DNA of 63,614 nucleotides, the filler included, from Bipalium vagum (lineage: Eukaryota), in the NCBI GenBank assembly GCA_037834085.1. It is 3 parts of 3 records of this genome, joined end to end, with 100 filler letters (N's around TTAATTAATTAA, not from the genome) between each part and the next. Parts side by side here need not be neighbours in the genome. Positions count along the whole stretch, not along the records: positions 18,151 to 46,608 come from JBBMKC010050381.1; 2 more parts are not named here. One strand, given 5' to 3'. The notes under the pieces are model-generated. The model saw nothing but the letters and a program-made list of their open reading frames with translations. It searched no databases and was not told the DNA's origin. Both the position numbers and the translations under genes were made by a program. Shown here piece by piece: positions 27,330-42,131 of the stretch (the stretch's first letter is position 1; every line of letters begins with the position of its first letter).

Positions 27330-28085
27330 ATTTTATTAAGGCAATTATTTCAAATATAGAAAAAGTATTATTAAATTTTGAAGAAAGAGAAAATGTTCAT
27401 AAAATTATTCAAAAGTATTCTGCAAAATATATCCAGATGCCATTAGTGAAAGTCAATAGCAAAATTTGTTTAAAATTTTGATTTGGAGGACCAACCAAGA
27501 TTGGGAGCCCCAATCGTAGTGAATGATAACATATTGTGATCAGACATCGAATCAAATTCCTGTCAAACCCAATATGATTTTGTTGAAACATATTGTAGGC
27601 ATCAGAAAATCATTTGGAATCAATTAAAAAACATTGGGCAAATCAACAAAGTGACTATTTGAGTTCCGTACAAATTGACAAACGAGAATAGAGTTCAAAG
27701 AACTACTACTTGTGTTGCACTATTCTACTGATTTCAAACTCTCCAATTTCTAGATCGATTGATAACTGGAGTTGAGAAATGGATTCTCTACATCAAAAAA
27801 CAAAATAGAGAGGTAATGGTTAAATCATAAGCAAGCACCATTCTTCACTGTAAAATGTGGTGCACATTCTAAATGTTTTATTGTAATATTTATGGGATTA
27901 CGTATTGGAAACTGTTGAGAATAACAGCAATATAAATGTTAAACATTTCAGAACAATTAGAGAGAGACTGAGTCAAAATATAAGACTTATTTTAAGAAAT
28001 ATAAAATGTGTGACCCTGCAATATGATAACGGGAGACCACACACTGCTCAATTGACTCAGGAAAATATAAATTTGCTTGGATAAA
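27330..28085 (+). mobile_element. Decayed mariner
   Basis: LEDQPRLGAP, LDRLITGVEKWILY and LQYDNGRPH. Confidence 0.85.
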
Positions 28086-28369
28086 ATTATTAATTATCTT
28101 TAATAATAAATAATAAATTATTAATTATGTAATTATCTTTATATTTTTAATAATTTTAAATAACGAAAATTTAAAAATTTCTTTAAAAATAAAATATTTT
28201 TAAAATTTAACAAAAATAATGTATTATTTGTACAGCTATGACTGCGCCTTTTCTCAGAATGACTAAAGAATGATTAATTCCTAAGGGATTGAAACAATAT
28301 GTCGTTTGAAATCTGACTCATTCCTTTTATTTGACCTAATCATTTGTTTATTGATCATTTAAATTGATT

Positions 28370-28957
28370 AATAAATTTCAAAATGGACGTTATTTTACAT
28401 TATTTCATTGTGAAGAGTAGTGCATTAGAAATACATAGTTGTCTTGAAAAGGTACATAGTGAAAAATCCCCATCGAGGATTCAAATCCTGCAGTTTCAAC
28501 ACAGATGACAAAGAAAATGTGAAAACTCTAAATGGAAACGGCCTAAATGGAAGAAGAGACAGGAGAAACGTATTCTTTTACAAGATAGCTCCAGACCTGA
28601 TGTCCATCCATAAATGATATATTATCTGATACTCATAAAATGCGTCTTACCTCATCCGCCATACTTTCCGGACATAACCATAAGAAATGTCTATTTATTC
28701 CGGTCAGCTCTTTCTGGAAAACAGCTTTACTTCCCACGGAGATATTGAAAAATGGCTGGATAATTAGTTTGCATCAAAGGACTCGGAAATTTTTCTCACG
28801 GAATCCGTTTGTTACCAAAACTATGGTAAAAAGGTATTATTTCCAGTGAATGTTATTCTGAATAAGTAATCTAATCTAATATAATATATAATATTATCAG
28901 ATATTGAGACTTTGATTTTCTTTAAAAAGGGCGCAGTTCTAATTTTGTACACTTAAT
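28370..28957 (+). mobile_element. Internally deleted mariner
   Basis: LPHPPYFPDI and the 3' terminus gcgcagttctaattttgtacacttaata. Confidence 0.7.
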
Positions 28958-30014
28958 AAATTTTTGAAAAAATATTTTAACTGTTACATATTATATTACA
29001 TACGTATGTTAAATATTAGCACTTTTCAGACGACCTTGTCTTTTAACCCTCGCATATTATCCAACACTGTTTTGAATCTATGGTTCTAGAGCAAAATCAA
29101 TATTTTCTGCTTTACCCACTTTAATATCATTATAATTATACAATATTTTATAAATCACCAATCTCATTATTTTGTTTCTATGGCAATGTATTGTGAGATG
29201 AGATTGAAGATTTTACAAATTTATATTTCAATTTTATTAATTTTTTAGAAATGCAATTATTATTCACTAAGATAATTATATTTTTTATACTTTTCAGATA
29301 TTTTATATTTTATAATATTAAAAAATTTAATTTAAAACAATGATAAATTATTAAAAAATTAATTATTATAATTAATAAGTGCAACAAAAAATTAAATAAA
29401 AATAACAAAAATTGTTTTAATAATTGTTTTGATCACAAAATCAGAGAGATATCACCAAGATCCATTTATAATTAACAGGATTACAAATATCAAATACTTC
29501 AAACAGTATTATAAAAATCAGATAAACGAAAAGCTTTAAATGATCTGGAAATGATTTAATTAAAACTATTATTTTCCATTAAAATATTTAAATGAAAATA
29601 TTTAAAAGTAAAATATGAAGTTTTTTTCTTAAATGATCATAAAAAAAATAAAGAAAATTAATCTTTAAAAATATTCATATAAATAATAGTAACATAATGA
29701 GCTGAAAAATATTTTATTCATGTATATTTTTATTTCGGTTGGTTAATAATTTATTGCAAATGTATATATTATTTTTATAAAATAAATAATATTGCATGAA
29801 TATTAAAAAAAATAATGAAGACAATATTTTATACTTGATATATATAAAATATAAAATATTGATTTATTCAAAATTGACAACGCAAACCAATCAAGCGTGT
29901 CCATTAAGTCAAAGATAACAATATCAAGTAATAGGATATTAAAAATTAATAAAATCAATATGACAATTCATTTTTATTCCAATAAATTCAATTAGCAATA
30001 ACTTTTTATAATTA

Positions 30015-31277
30015 TTAGGTTGTTCGGAAATAAATTAGCGTTTTATATAAGGTAACTTTCGCTGATTTTATTATGAATTGCATAGTATGATATTCCAAAT
30101 TGATGCTTAGATGATAAGGATTCATATTCTACATTAATTTGTTTTACTGCTTTAAATTAAAGTATATTTTGGTACAGTTTTAAAAATGTTAACAAACCAG
30201 CAAATTAGAGCAATAAATCTCTACGAATTTTAACTTGGAAATTCTGCGGCAGATGCAACCAGAAATATAAACAGAGCTTTCGGAGATGGTTATGTAGTAG
30301 AATCAACTACCCGTTGATGGTTTGCCAAATTCCGTCTTGGAAAATTTCATCTCAGTGATGCAGAGGGTCGTAGGTGGAAAACGTCCGTGTAAAATGATGA
30401 TTTGAAGACAATTATTGAATCAAACCCACAGAATACAGTAAGAAATTTATCCAAGCAATTATCAATATCTATTTCAACTGTTTCTCAACACTTAAAGGAA
30501 ATTGACAAGGTTAAAATGTTAAATAAGTGGATACCACATTTATTAACTGATTATCAAAAACAAATGAGATATGATATCTGCTCAAAACTGATTCAAAGAA
30601 ACAAAAATAATCCATTTTGCGCAGAATAATTACGTGTGATGAAAAATGGATCCTTTACGATAACCGTAAACGTCCATCTGAGTGGATAGATCGTGGTTCA
30701 GTTCCAAATTGTTCTCCAAAACCAAGTTTGCATCCAAAAAGGATTTTGATATCAGTTTGATGTTGTTAGACGGGTTTGATTACGGTGAAAAAACGATGAA
30801 TCAATAACATCAGATGTATATTGCAATCAATTGGAGCGTATCCATCAAAAATTAAAAGTTTTGCATCAGGCAATTGTCAACAGAAATATTCCAATTTTGC
30901 TGAATGACAATGCAAAGCCACATGTCGCAAAACAAACACTGCAAAAGGTAAATAACCTTGGATATGAGATTCTTCCACATCCGGCATACTCGCTGGACTT
31001 ATCTCCTACGGATTATTATTTATTTCAAGCATTATATTATTTCCTGTCTCGAAAAGTTTTCAATAGTTACGACAACGTAAAACAGGTATTTGAGGAATTC
31101 GTGAGGATATCGTGTCTCGTAAACATGATTTCTATGAAAAAGGAATATTAAGTCTTCAATCACGTTGGGAACAATATATTAAATGTAATGGAAATTATTT
31201 TTAATAACAAAATGTCAAAAATTATTTCATTTTATTTTTCATTCGAAAAAACGCTAATTTATTTCCTGACAACCTGA
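30015..31277 (+). mobile_element. Full-length (1263 bp) mariner with both TIRs and an inactivated transposase
   Basis: 30-bp TIRs ttaggttgttcggaaataaattagcgtttt and aaaacgctaatttatttcctgacaacctga match at 27/30. ATG at 30186. Motifs WIPHLL, ITCDEKW, NDNAKPH and HPAYSLDLSPTDY. Several stops. Confidence 0.97.
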
Positions 31278-32189
31278 AACAATTGTTGTTTTTAATTTTT
31301 TATCGTCAATTAAAGATTTGTTCAAGTTTTGTTATACTGTTCATTATTGTTCTTACAAAAACCTTTAGAAAATATTTATATCTTCCATGTGGTCAAAGAA
31401 AAAAATATTTGTAAAGGACAAGTGCAGTTTTAAAATATCTTTTGTAATAAGATTTATGTAGTACGTACTTGTGATGAAGCTTTGAGACAGTTTTAGCAGA
31501 TCCGCGAAGCTTTATCTGATGGAGGATCACATTTTCCATCTGCATTTACAGGTTGTTTTAATTGAATTTCTTGATCAAAGCCGACCGATAATATTGCATA
31601 TTATTCAAAAATTATTTTAATTTCATTTAAGAATTTCGATTTTTCATTTTTATGAAATAATGTTTGAGGAGCACTTTAAATTCACGTTTTTCTATTTTGA
31701 AAAATGAGTTCGGTATGGATAGTTTATAAAAACTTATTAAGTTTGATGTTAATTGTTTAATTTTCTTTGGTTTTTTTACAGAGGATTCTTTTCACTTTTA
31801 GAAGTTGGTGTCAAGATGCCATTGCTGCTCCTATTATTGTTTCTACTTTAGTTTATCCAACTTTAGTAACGCCTGAATTATGTTTGTTATTTAATTAATT
31901 GTGTATTTAGGTTTGTGGACTTTGTTTAGTGATAGAATGGGCTTTTGTTTTGAAAAAAAATTCTAAGAGGACAGGTGCTTGTTCAACTATGCGAGGGTGA
32001 TTTGAAAATGAAAAGAACAAAAAAGCATTCATTGCTCAAAAAATCCAGAGTTTATCCATATTAAATAAACGGCACATAAAACCAGTTTTATTATGATTAA
32101 ATTGATCTATACATACAGGATTTATAATATCATTTCAAATTTTTGTAAATCAAGTTCAAAAATAAATAAATTTCAAAAAATAATAAAAT

Positions 32190-32444
32190 AAATAAATCTT
32201 TTTCATTTTCAGGACGAGCTTGTTTGATGCTTTTTTTCCATTTTGAGAATAAGTTCTCAATAGGATTTAGAAACGGAGAATAAGGAGGCAAAAACAGTAC
32301 CCTATGAGCCCCTTCCTCTACCATTTCACGTATGACTGTCGATTTGTGGAATGGAACATTGTCCATTATGATTACTACAGATCCATGTTCTCGAATTAAA
32401 TCTTTTGCTATTAATACGGTTATAAACGCCTGAAATGTAATCAT
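32190..32444 (-). mobile_element. IS630-like DD34E transposase fragment (DDE_3)
   Basis: IIMDNVPFHK...FLPPYSPFLNPIENLFSKWK, with 34 residues between D and E. Confidence 0.9.
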
Positions 32445-33499
32445 GTAATATACGGTCGTCTATGCATGATAATAACAGAAAATATGTATTTGAAATGAGA
32501 TTACAAAAATTTGAAATGAGGTTATAAATCCTGTAATTGAGAAAATCACACACGAATTCGCTTTTTATTGATTATTATGCTTTAAAAATCATGCATAAAT
32601 GATTTTTAAATCTTCATGCAAAATTTTCCAAATTCCTGCAACTAAAATGTCTTTGGCAGAACCTATTTCTCTCCTCTTATCCGTTGACCTTCCAGCACCA
32701 TATCATGAATTTTTTAAATTACTTGTGGTTTTGCCCAAAATTTTGGGTGTGCACTACGTAGGTCATTTTTAATTAACGTGTTACCACGTCGAAATTGCAA
32801 AGTCAATCTGTGGACTGTTAAAAAAACTTTTTTAATACTTTTAATACTTTGACCAACTTTGTATGGATTTCTGCTAATGATAATGTTTTTCAGGACAAAG
32901 GAAATTATTATTACTCAAAATTCATATTTTCAATTTTTAATTAATGCCGTCAATTCAAATTAAAGTACGTAATTTAAACAAATGAATTTACTTATGGGAA
33001 TGATATTATAGATATATTAGTATTAAAGATGAAATATTACAATAGTTTATACATTTTACTTTATTCTTTATATAACTTTGTCAATTCCAAACCTTTCGAA
33101 CAACCCTTGTATTAATATAATTTTCAAATTGAAAAAAATAAAGACATGCCTTTCAATCTTAAATTCATTAAAAAGCCTGTTTGATTAGACCTTGAAAAAA
33201 TATTTTTCTTCTGCATGTAAAATATACCTTTACAAAATATTTTCTTTTTATTTTATAATGATTTTGATGAAAATAAAATCGTAAGTGTTTCTAGTTTATT
33301 TGTTAACGAACACAACTACAAGACTTGGAATTTGATCATAGGCTGAGCTTGGTTAATGCATAAATATTAATAAATCGAAAATCAAGAATTCATAATTATG
33401 AATATAAATAAAATAATAAACCTTGCTGATTTCAATAATGATATTGTCAGTGTTAACCTTAGTTTAACTAAAAAAATGAAAAATGGTATAATGTAATCA

Positions 33500-33850
33500 T
33501 ATTGCAAATAATCTTTTAGATGTATTAGGTAAAAACATATTGAGGAGAATTCCAAATTTTCATAGAAAGAGCAAGTCAAAATGTTTAATGCAAGTGACGA
33601 AATATGTCGATCAGATTTACGTGCAATTGGAAAATCATGGAAACAGGTCTCGCGTTCATTATCAAAAGAGAACAAATTTCACAGACTAACCATATGACAA
33701 TTATCACTTACTACGAGTTTCTCGACAAGGATAAAACCGTAAATGCTGATTTGTACCTAACGCAACCTGATAAGGTAAAAGACATGCTGCTTCAGCGAAA
33801 ATATAATATAATCAAACAAAAACCCTTGCGAATTCTTTCAGTTACCTGAT
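33500..33850 (+). mobile_element. mariner deletion fragment
   Basis: YYEFLDKDKTVNADLYLTQPDKV. Confidence 0.65.
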
Positions 33851-34049
33851 AAATAAATAATTAAATAAAAAAAATTAACAGTAACATCGATTGTTTATGA
33901 ATAAGACTTTGAGTTCTATCGAATACTTAGAAAGTGTAAGAAAAATAAAAAAGAGTAAAAAAAGATGTGAAATCATAGAGATGTGAAGTTATAGAGAATG
34001 TTTTTGTAGGTGTAATTTTCTCTTAATTTTTGATTTGTCAACACCTGAT

Positions 34050-34600
34050 TGAGTTGACGGACTATATGTAAAAGAAAAGAAGTCCTCTATGGACAGTGCA
34101 GAATTTGGAAAAGTAATCGATTTTGATTATTTGTTTGAATTTGATTTGCGAAGACAGTTTTGGTAAAAATCGTGAGAAACGTAAAATGTTTATCGTTGCA
34201 AGGACATTCTACTTGATTTAAGCTGTGCAATAAGAATCAAGAGACCACAAATCATCTAAGACATGATCAGATCATTTTGAAAACGATAATGAAATTTACA
34301 TTATAAAGACTTGGCTGAGAGGTTCTACCCAATCCACCGTACGCACCAGATAAAGCGCCTTCTGAGTTCCACTTGTTTCGATCAATGCAGGCTTTCAATT
34401 CTTATGAAAATGTCAAAAAATGGATGGATCAATGAATTGCTTTAAAAGATCAAGATTTTTTTAACGCGGAATCCATTCTTTGCCCGGAAAGATAAACAAA
34501 AGTTTTAGCTGCCAACGGAAAATATTTTCACTGAAATAAATGTTGTTGCTTTTAAATAAACGACTTTATTTTCGATAATAATTGACTCCTATACCTAATA
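34050..34600 (+). mobile_element. Internally deleted mariner
   Basis: PPYAPDKAPSEFHLFRSMQ, C-terminal ANGKYFH* and a terminus ending atacctaata. Confidence 0.8.
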
Positions 34601-35039
34601 TTTTATACATTGTCATTAGTTCATCATATTGGTAACTATTAACTCGCTGCATTTGCTGAATATTTATTTATTATTATTTTATTTTATGAACGTAAGTGTC
34701 TGAATTAAAAATTCCTAAGGTCGTTGTTGTATTAAAAAGATTATTATGATTACTGAAATATGGAGGGAACAGTAATATAAGTGAGGAGTCAGAAGAAACA
34801 AGGTTTTAAGGCACATATAGCTATAAAAATTAAAAATTTTTTCTTTATATTATAAATTATTATAAATTAATCAACTTCTCCGTTAAACTAGATTGTCCTG
34901 GATTATGGTTATAATAGTAAAATTTTCTATTTTTGGAAGTTTTTGTTGTTTTCATATTTTCAGATTTCGTTTAGGACTTAATATGGAACCAAGGAGGTCT
35001 TGAATAAACCTCCTTGGTTTTATTTGTATTTTTTATATT

Positions 35040-35054
35040 ATAATTATTATTATA

Positions 35055-35110
<56 letters not shown>
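35040..35110. repeat. (TAT)n microsatellite
   Basis: Direct repeat run that produces the poly-Tyr ORF. Confidence 0.95.
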
Positions 35111-35112
<2 letters not shown>

Positions 35113-35494
35113 TTTATTAATATATAGAGATTTATGGATTAAGTATGAGGAAAGCTTAAGGTTATTTAATTTAAAAATTTTCAAAATTTAAGAAGAGGAA
35201 ATTTTTTAGATTTTGTTAAATGAATTTTGGTATAATGTCAAATTATCATTCACCTGTAGATACGCTTTTAGATTTTTTTTCTTGATTGATCATTAGTTAT
35301 GCTTAAGCTAATATTTTAGTTTTTATTATTTAGGATAATCCTAATTAATTTACAAAAAGCTTTCAGTTAAAAGATTGAACTGATTGATTGTTTTGAACTG
35401 TGATTCCTTAATTAGTTTTAGAGATTTTAGTTGTTCCTATATTATATGGTCTTTATCTTTTAGATTTGAATTTCATTAAAAGGGATACAACCTA

Positions 35495-35570
35495 TAGCCG
35501 AAAATGTCAGGAAAAGTTTACAGCTATGTATCGACACTCAAGGTGGTCACTTTGAAACTACTTCCATATG
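35495..35570 (+). mobile_element. DD41D-type transposase C-terminal fragment
   Basis: VRKSLQLCIDTQGGHFE. Confidence 0.55.
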
Positions 35571-35879
35571 TCGTACCCACAAACATACTTAAATGTTATT
35601 CGTTATCTTTTTTATTTATGTTATTATAATAAAATTATAAAGAAAAAACGAATGTGATTTATTTAGAATCAACGTGCATTAAAACCTTTTAAATCTCTAT
35701 TTACAGTGAAATATTGTTAAAAAGATAATTATTTATATTTTTATATTAGTTTCGAAAGTCCCTATGCAAACTAGTTGATGAAATCTATTAAGTTAAATTG
35801 ATAATATTAAAGTTTAATGACATTACTTTCTCGTGTAGCTGTCACCTTTACATGAGTTCCGGTTATTTAATGCAAAATC

Positions 35880-35950
35880 GATGGTTTCAACGCAGAAATG
35901 CAAGGGAAAGTGCAAAGAAACTTCACAATTAAAGATGAAATGAATGGCAT
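35880..35950 (+). mobile_element. Possible pogo/Tigger N-terminal fragment
   Basis: MVSTQKCKGKVQRNFTIKDE resembles the start of an HTH_psq domain. Confidence 0.3.
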
Positions 35951-37317
35951 GTGAGCTGTATATGATGATTTTATCAAGTGACTTTGAAGTAAGAATATTA
36001 ATGAAATGAATATTTAAATAAATGAAATGTTCATTGTTTCATTAGCGAAATTCTATTTTAATTCTATTTTTAATTTTTTTAATTTTTAAATTATTTGAAT
36101 ATTTTTTGCATTTCAATTTTGATTAAATTATGAAATAAATTTAAATTGTTTTTTATTCTCCATAAATATTTTATATATCCAATGAAAATCCTTAAAATAA
36201 GTAATAAATAATTTATAAAATGTAATTGACTTCGGTAATTTATTTTCGAATTAAAAATCTCAGATTAAAATAAATAAATAATATAATCTCAAATTTTTAT
36301 AATTTTCAATATTTCCAAACACACTTTCACCTTGAATTATTCTTCACTCACACTGGAATTCTTCCGTATGTAACGTATTTGCTACGATGTCATATGATAA
36401 TGTTTAATTTTATTTTTTTTGAATAAGTCCAAAAATATCAATTGATACAACAAAAGGGCAAGAGAAATATAATGAGATTAATTCTATCACGAAATGGGTT
36501 ATTTGTGATGTGATTATGAATGATTAATAAAAAACACTGTGATGCTTGCTTGATGTTTCCATAGATGAAGCCGAAACCAACTACTGGTGATAAAGATTTA
36601 TATCTTCTGGGAATGAAATGGTAATATATAATTGATATTTAACAGATAGATTCAACAAGTAATAATAAATAAAATAATATATATGTGACGAAAATTGTAA
36701 ATGGGTTTTTGGAATTGGCTTTTGAAACTGAAAGGTTTGAAATTGTGGTGTATAGGAATGAATTTAAATAGTAAGGATAAACAAAAAAATCGTATTTCGG
36801 TTAACAAGAAACAGAAATAAAATTTATTCTTCAATCGAAGTGAGTGCAGAATGATATTAATATATCATTACTTATCCAAAAAATTACTGCAATATTTAGA
36901 ACTGCTTCACAATTTCCTTATGACAGACTACTAACAATGAGTTTATTAAATTTCATAAAAATAAATCGTACCTTAGTATGATTGAAAATGACACGTGACA
37001 TTTGTCAGATTTTATTTCTATATTTATATCATAAGTGTGGAATTTAAATTGGTTTGATATCAACAAGAAGTATTTCAGTTATATAGTTATCAGTTATTAT
37101 TGATTATTTTTATTATTTTGAATACCCACGAGTCACAATTTTTTCTTTCTTCGTTATATGAATTTATTAATTCCTTTATTACAAATAATCTTTTTTATTT
37201 GAACGGTATTCATATTATTTTAATGAAAAAAGTTATTCTTGTTAAATAAACATCTGGAATACTTGAAGTTTTTTTATTTTTTCCACCTTGAGCAGCTTAA
37301 AATAATTTATGATTGTA

Positions 37318-37321
<4 letters not shown>

Positions 37322-37351
<30 letters not shown>
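37322..37351. repeat. (TA)n microsatellite
   Basis: Dinucleotide run. Confidence 0.95.
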
Positions 37352-37354
<3 letters not shown>

Positions 37355-39339
37355 AAAAAGTATAATATAAGGTTGAGGCATAGTTCTGCTGCACTTAAAG
37401 AAAAATTAAATTTAAAACAAAAGATTACTAAACAAAACAAAAACAGTGGAATCTAATTTTCAAAGTAAAGTGCGCCATATATAAAACAGCTTTACATTAT
37501 TTTTAAAGAAAAAAGTTTCTTATATACATGAAATAAAAATTCGTTAATAAATTAATTGATTAATCAATTGATTTTTGTATTATTTTCAAAGTGAAATCAA
37601 ACCGCGATATCATGTACATATTGATTTACAAACAATTAGAAGATGTTACTTTTCTTTTTATCATTATTTTTTACTACTATTATTATTATCATTATTATTT
37701 TTTAATTAATATCTTGTAAATAATAAAATAAATCTCGGCGATTTTTTGTTTTTCTTGCAAAGCATTGATTATTGTAAGTGATTTTTTGAAACAAAAAATT
37801 GCATAAAAATAATTCACCAATTTTCTTTTATCAATAATTTGTGAGATTTCGTTAATTAATATAGACAGAGAAGTCTGCATGGTTGACAAACAAAGTTAAT
37901 TTTTCAACAAAAACGAAAATTGTACCAAGAACTTTCAGAAATCAATGAACTATAAAAATATAATAAATATTTGGATTATATGAATGTCACCAATTATTAA
38001 AACAAATGACACAAGTTTTTAATTATAATGAAGAAAATTGGCAGCTAACCGATTTTCAGAGCTTAGAGCGTCATAAAAATGATATTAATTAGAATAAAAT
38101 TAATAAAATTTCTCCGTGAGCCATCAAATATTCCCAAACATTAATGTTTGGAAAGCGGAAATTTTATTATTTATATTATAAACAATACATCAGAAACGTA
38201 CTGCCATCGATATTGGAAAGTTATATAATGAAAAGGAAAGACATTCTAAAATCTTTAAATAATGATACGAAATTATCAAACCGGTTGATGGAAATATTAA
38301 TTTTCACTTCTAAGACATTGATGGTTTTATTAATTTCTTAAAGAATTAAACTCCGTTTCGTTATGAGATATGTAAAAACTTTGTTTTAATGAACTGAAAA
38401 TATTTTACTAGGGTTTGTTTTTCTGTATAACAATAATTTATTATTAATATAGTGTTAACAATTTTTTCACGTATTATGTATGTGTTGAGTCTTGTTCCAT
38501 TTGTTAAGAATGCTCCTACAAAAATGCACCGAGCAAAGGTGCATAGGGCAAGGAGGAAAACCGAAATCAAGGATCACACAGACGGAAACAAGTATCTTAT
38601 TTCTGATTCATTCATCTAAATAAAAATAATCCGTAAATTAACTAACAAAATCGAAAATTAACAAATAGTAATTTTATTACTAAAAATTTATGTAAAATAA
38701 ATTTTATAAAAATAAAATCTAATTTTTGTTAAACATTTTTAACCAATCTAATCTCTATAAAAAGATGGTTGATAATTGGAAAGACACAAAAAATGCATAA
38801 TTATTAGGTGTGCGCATCAGTATGAAACACCCGAAAAACAGAGCTTTTTTTAAAATTCTAAAATATTTTATAAATATCCAATAAAACAACTTGTATATAT
38901 TTATTTTATTTTATTTATATTTTTTTACAAAAAATATTTCAAACGCGCTGTTTTTTATTGAAACACTCTATATATTCTAGATGACATAAATATAAAAGTT
39001 TATTATTAAAAGTTTTAATTTAGACCTTAATGATTACTCAAAAGTCTCTTCTTTCGGTATTTAAGGATTATGTAGATTTTCTGTCAATCTTGCTTTTCTT
39101 TAATCAAATTTACTTCTGAGTGAGAATAATCTTTCCTCTAAAACTTTTCAAGACTTCCTTAAGTCGAGAAGATTTCTGTTAAGGTTTCCCACAAGTTTCC
39201 GGAATTTTGTATATTACTCTTACTATTATGCGCATTTTTAATATAAATTAATTTTTGTTGTGATCTCCTATGTTATTTCAATAGCCGCATAACAATAATA
39301 CCGATATTTTTTAGTTTTACTTTAGATAATTATATTTGT

Positions 39340-39693
39340 TATAAAAAATCTGACTTGTTATTGTACGAGTTACAACTTGGTCAGGCTATGGCTGATGATA
39401 TTCATATTATCTTGAAATTCAACAGATAAGATGCAATTCTCGTGTATTTTCTATTATGAGTGGTTGCATATATTTCTCATTTTTAAATAATAATTATATA
39501 TTGTAAACTTTTTTAATTCTAAGAATTCAGATTTTTATTGTACTGGTATATATAAACTTGTTAATAATTGGCAAAAAATTGTTGATTCTGATGGAAATTA
39601 TTTTGTTTAATAAAGTTGATTTTTAAAAAAGTTATGACTTAAGGTATAAAGTATATGGTTATAAACCGCAATTACTCTTTTGGAAACCTAATA
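39340..39693 (+). mobile_element. mariner deletion derivative
   Basis: C-terminal KLVNNWQKIVDSDGNYFV* and the terminus ccgcaattactcttttggaaacctaata. Confidence 0.75.
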
Positions 39694-39899
39694 ATTTATT
39701 TAATTAAACATTTTCATTAATTCCGATGAAAAATGAGGTTACGCTTATTATTTTACCGATTACTTAAAAAATCATAATATATTTTAATATTATAACATTT
39801 CAAATGTTTAGAAAAGATACAGGTATTTTAATCAAACATGGTTAAATCTCTCTTTTCTGTGACATCTTAAAAAAACCAAGATTTTGAACACTTTCAATT

Positions 39900-40350
39900 A
39901 ATTCCTGTGAATTAATTTTATCTTTGATAAGTGATTCTGATCTCTCATTTTTTTGCTGCAAAGCTTTCTTCGAATGAAGCCGAATTGTCCAGATATGCAC
40001 TTATCATTAATTTTAGCCCTGGTATTACTGACTCACTTGACTATTTCTTTTAGATTCGGTTTTCGACTTGCACAGGTTTGCATAAGTAGATATCCATCTT
40101 TGAACTATTTTTATGTTAAGCTTCTTTTCCTTGCAGAAAATGGTTAGGTTCTTGTCTCTACACTCTTCTAGAATTGACTTCTTATTTAATAAATTCTTTT
40201 CATATGTATGCACCATAATAATTGTACATTTATAGTTTTTATTTATATTTCCTACTTTTTATATGCATAGGCCGCTTATTTTTTTAACAAGTAAAAAAAC
40301 ACGCTACCTCTTATATTCGGTATATCGCTTATAATAGGAAAAACAGGGTA
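39900..40350 (-). mobile_element. pogo-like element 5' end
   Basis: The minus-strand terminus taccctgtttttcctattataagcg...gaatataag resembles pogo TIR/subterminal repeats. It is followed by an HTH-like ORF at 40025-40216. Confidence 0.55.
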
Positions 40351-40699
40351 ACAAAAATGTGGCTTGTGGTTCAAAAACTTTCACAGTAGTGATTTTAACT
40401 TGAAGGATAAATGCCGTATTGATAGATCATTTGTTTTGGAGTCCGTGATATTAATATCAGTTTTAGAAAGTAATCTATCAACCACTATAAAAATATTTGC
40501 AAAAGTTGGTGCATCTAATGGAAAAGCTAGACATGATTAATCAGAGCTGTCGAAATGTTCTTCACGAAGTAACACCAGGACTGACAAATTGGCAATTTAA
40601 TATTTCAGTAAACTTTTGCAAAATTCTCTTGAATTAGGCATGTCAAAAATTGAATTTACTAAAGAAATCGAAATATAAGAAAGCAATGAATTCAAAAGA

Positions 40700-41245
40700 T
40701 CAAATCTTCAAAACGAGTCACTAAAAGAAACCGCTTTGATAAAAAGCAATACTATGTAGTTGGTGGAATTATAAAGGGTGAATTTATTTCAAGGTAATTC
40801 TTGAATTAATGGTAAAATAATTGTCAGTAAATTGATATGATAAAAGGGGTATGTTTAATATCAATATTCAGCACTAAACAATCAAAAAGAGTCATTCCTC
40901 AACAAGATAGTGCTGTACCCCATATGGCTATTGTTGCCGGAACAAAAATTAAAAACCTAGATATTGAAATTCTTTATCATTCAACATATAGATCTGGCAC
41001 CATTAGATTTCCACCAATTTCCATTAATTCTCACGTCTTGAAAAGAAGGAAATTTCTAGAACTTACTGATTTAAAAATGCATGCCATGATTTTTTTCTCA
41101 AAAATGGTCTCTTACAACTTAGTGAAAGATGATTGAAGAAAATTGATCCTGATAGATTATATTTCGAAGAATAAAATGTTTAATATCTTTTATTCAGTAA
41201 CAATATTAAACTACAATTTCCTGAAACTAATGGGTCATCATAATA
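40700..41245 (+). mobile_element. Decayed mariner 3' part
   Basis: VIPQQDSAVPH...ILYHSTY and C-terminal YYFEE*. Confidence 0.7.
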
Positions 41246-41995
41246 ATACTCATAAATAAAGATAATTATTTAGATAAAATAATTAATATTTAATGTAATG
41301 AAGCACGTGATAGAAGACAAAAGATATTACGATCTTTATTGTATAATGACAAAAATTATTTTCTCGAAATCCATAAACATACAAAGAGAACTTTGTTTTT
41401 TTCAGAAAAAAATTCGAATGTCTTTCTACGTATATTCACAAATATCATTTTCAATTCAACTAGCTGTAAGCCCAACTAATGTGGTCCCACTATATCATCT
41501 TTGCTTATCTCCATTAAATACTAAAAATCAAAAATATTAAAGACAAAATACTACGTTCATTTTTACTAAAACTTTTAATCATTAAAGCCGGGAAAATTGA
41601 ATGTCCATATGATGGAAAACTGTCACTACTTCATGAAGTGTGTCATTATATATCTAGAAATATAAAAAACTAAAATTCTAAGATCAGAGACCAGCTATCT
41701 GAAAGTAAATAGAATTGGTTCTCTATATTTGAGGATTATACATTGTCAATGACATAAACCGGAATTCTAATTACCATCAGATTTACTAAGTACATTAATG
41801 GTAGTAATCTGAGATTAGATTGACATTGTACTATTGAATGAGGATTTTGGACAGATTCCTCGCTTTTGTTCTCATAATTGCCTCAACTTATTTCAGTCCA
41901 ACATCAACCAAACAAATATTTAATTTTCCATTTACTCTGTTAACGTGGGTAGTAGAAAATTAAATACAGAAAAAATATAATATATTTATTAAAAA

Positions 41996-42131
41996 TATTA
42001 ATATAATTAAATATATTAATATAATTAAATATATTAATGTAATTAAATATATAAATATAATTAAATATATTAATGATATTAAATATATAAATATAATTAA
42101 ATATATTAATGTAATTAAATATATAAATATA
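41996..42131. repeat. 18-bp AT minisatellite
   Basis: About 7-8 units of attaaatatat(t/a)aat(a/g)ta. Confidence 0.85.

Noticed and set aside
35000-35191. Poly-tyrosine ORF
   Set aside because: It is the translation of a (TAT)n microsatellite.
36560-36592. agatgaagccgaaacca-actac-tggt hammerhead-like string
   Set aside because: The core lacks CU, there is no room for stem II, the cleavage triplet is GUG and no stem I forms.
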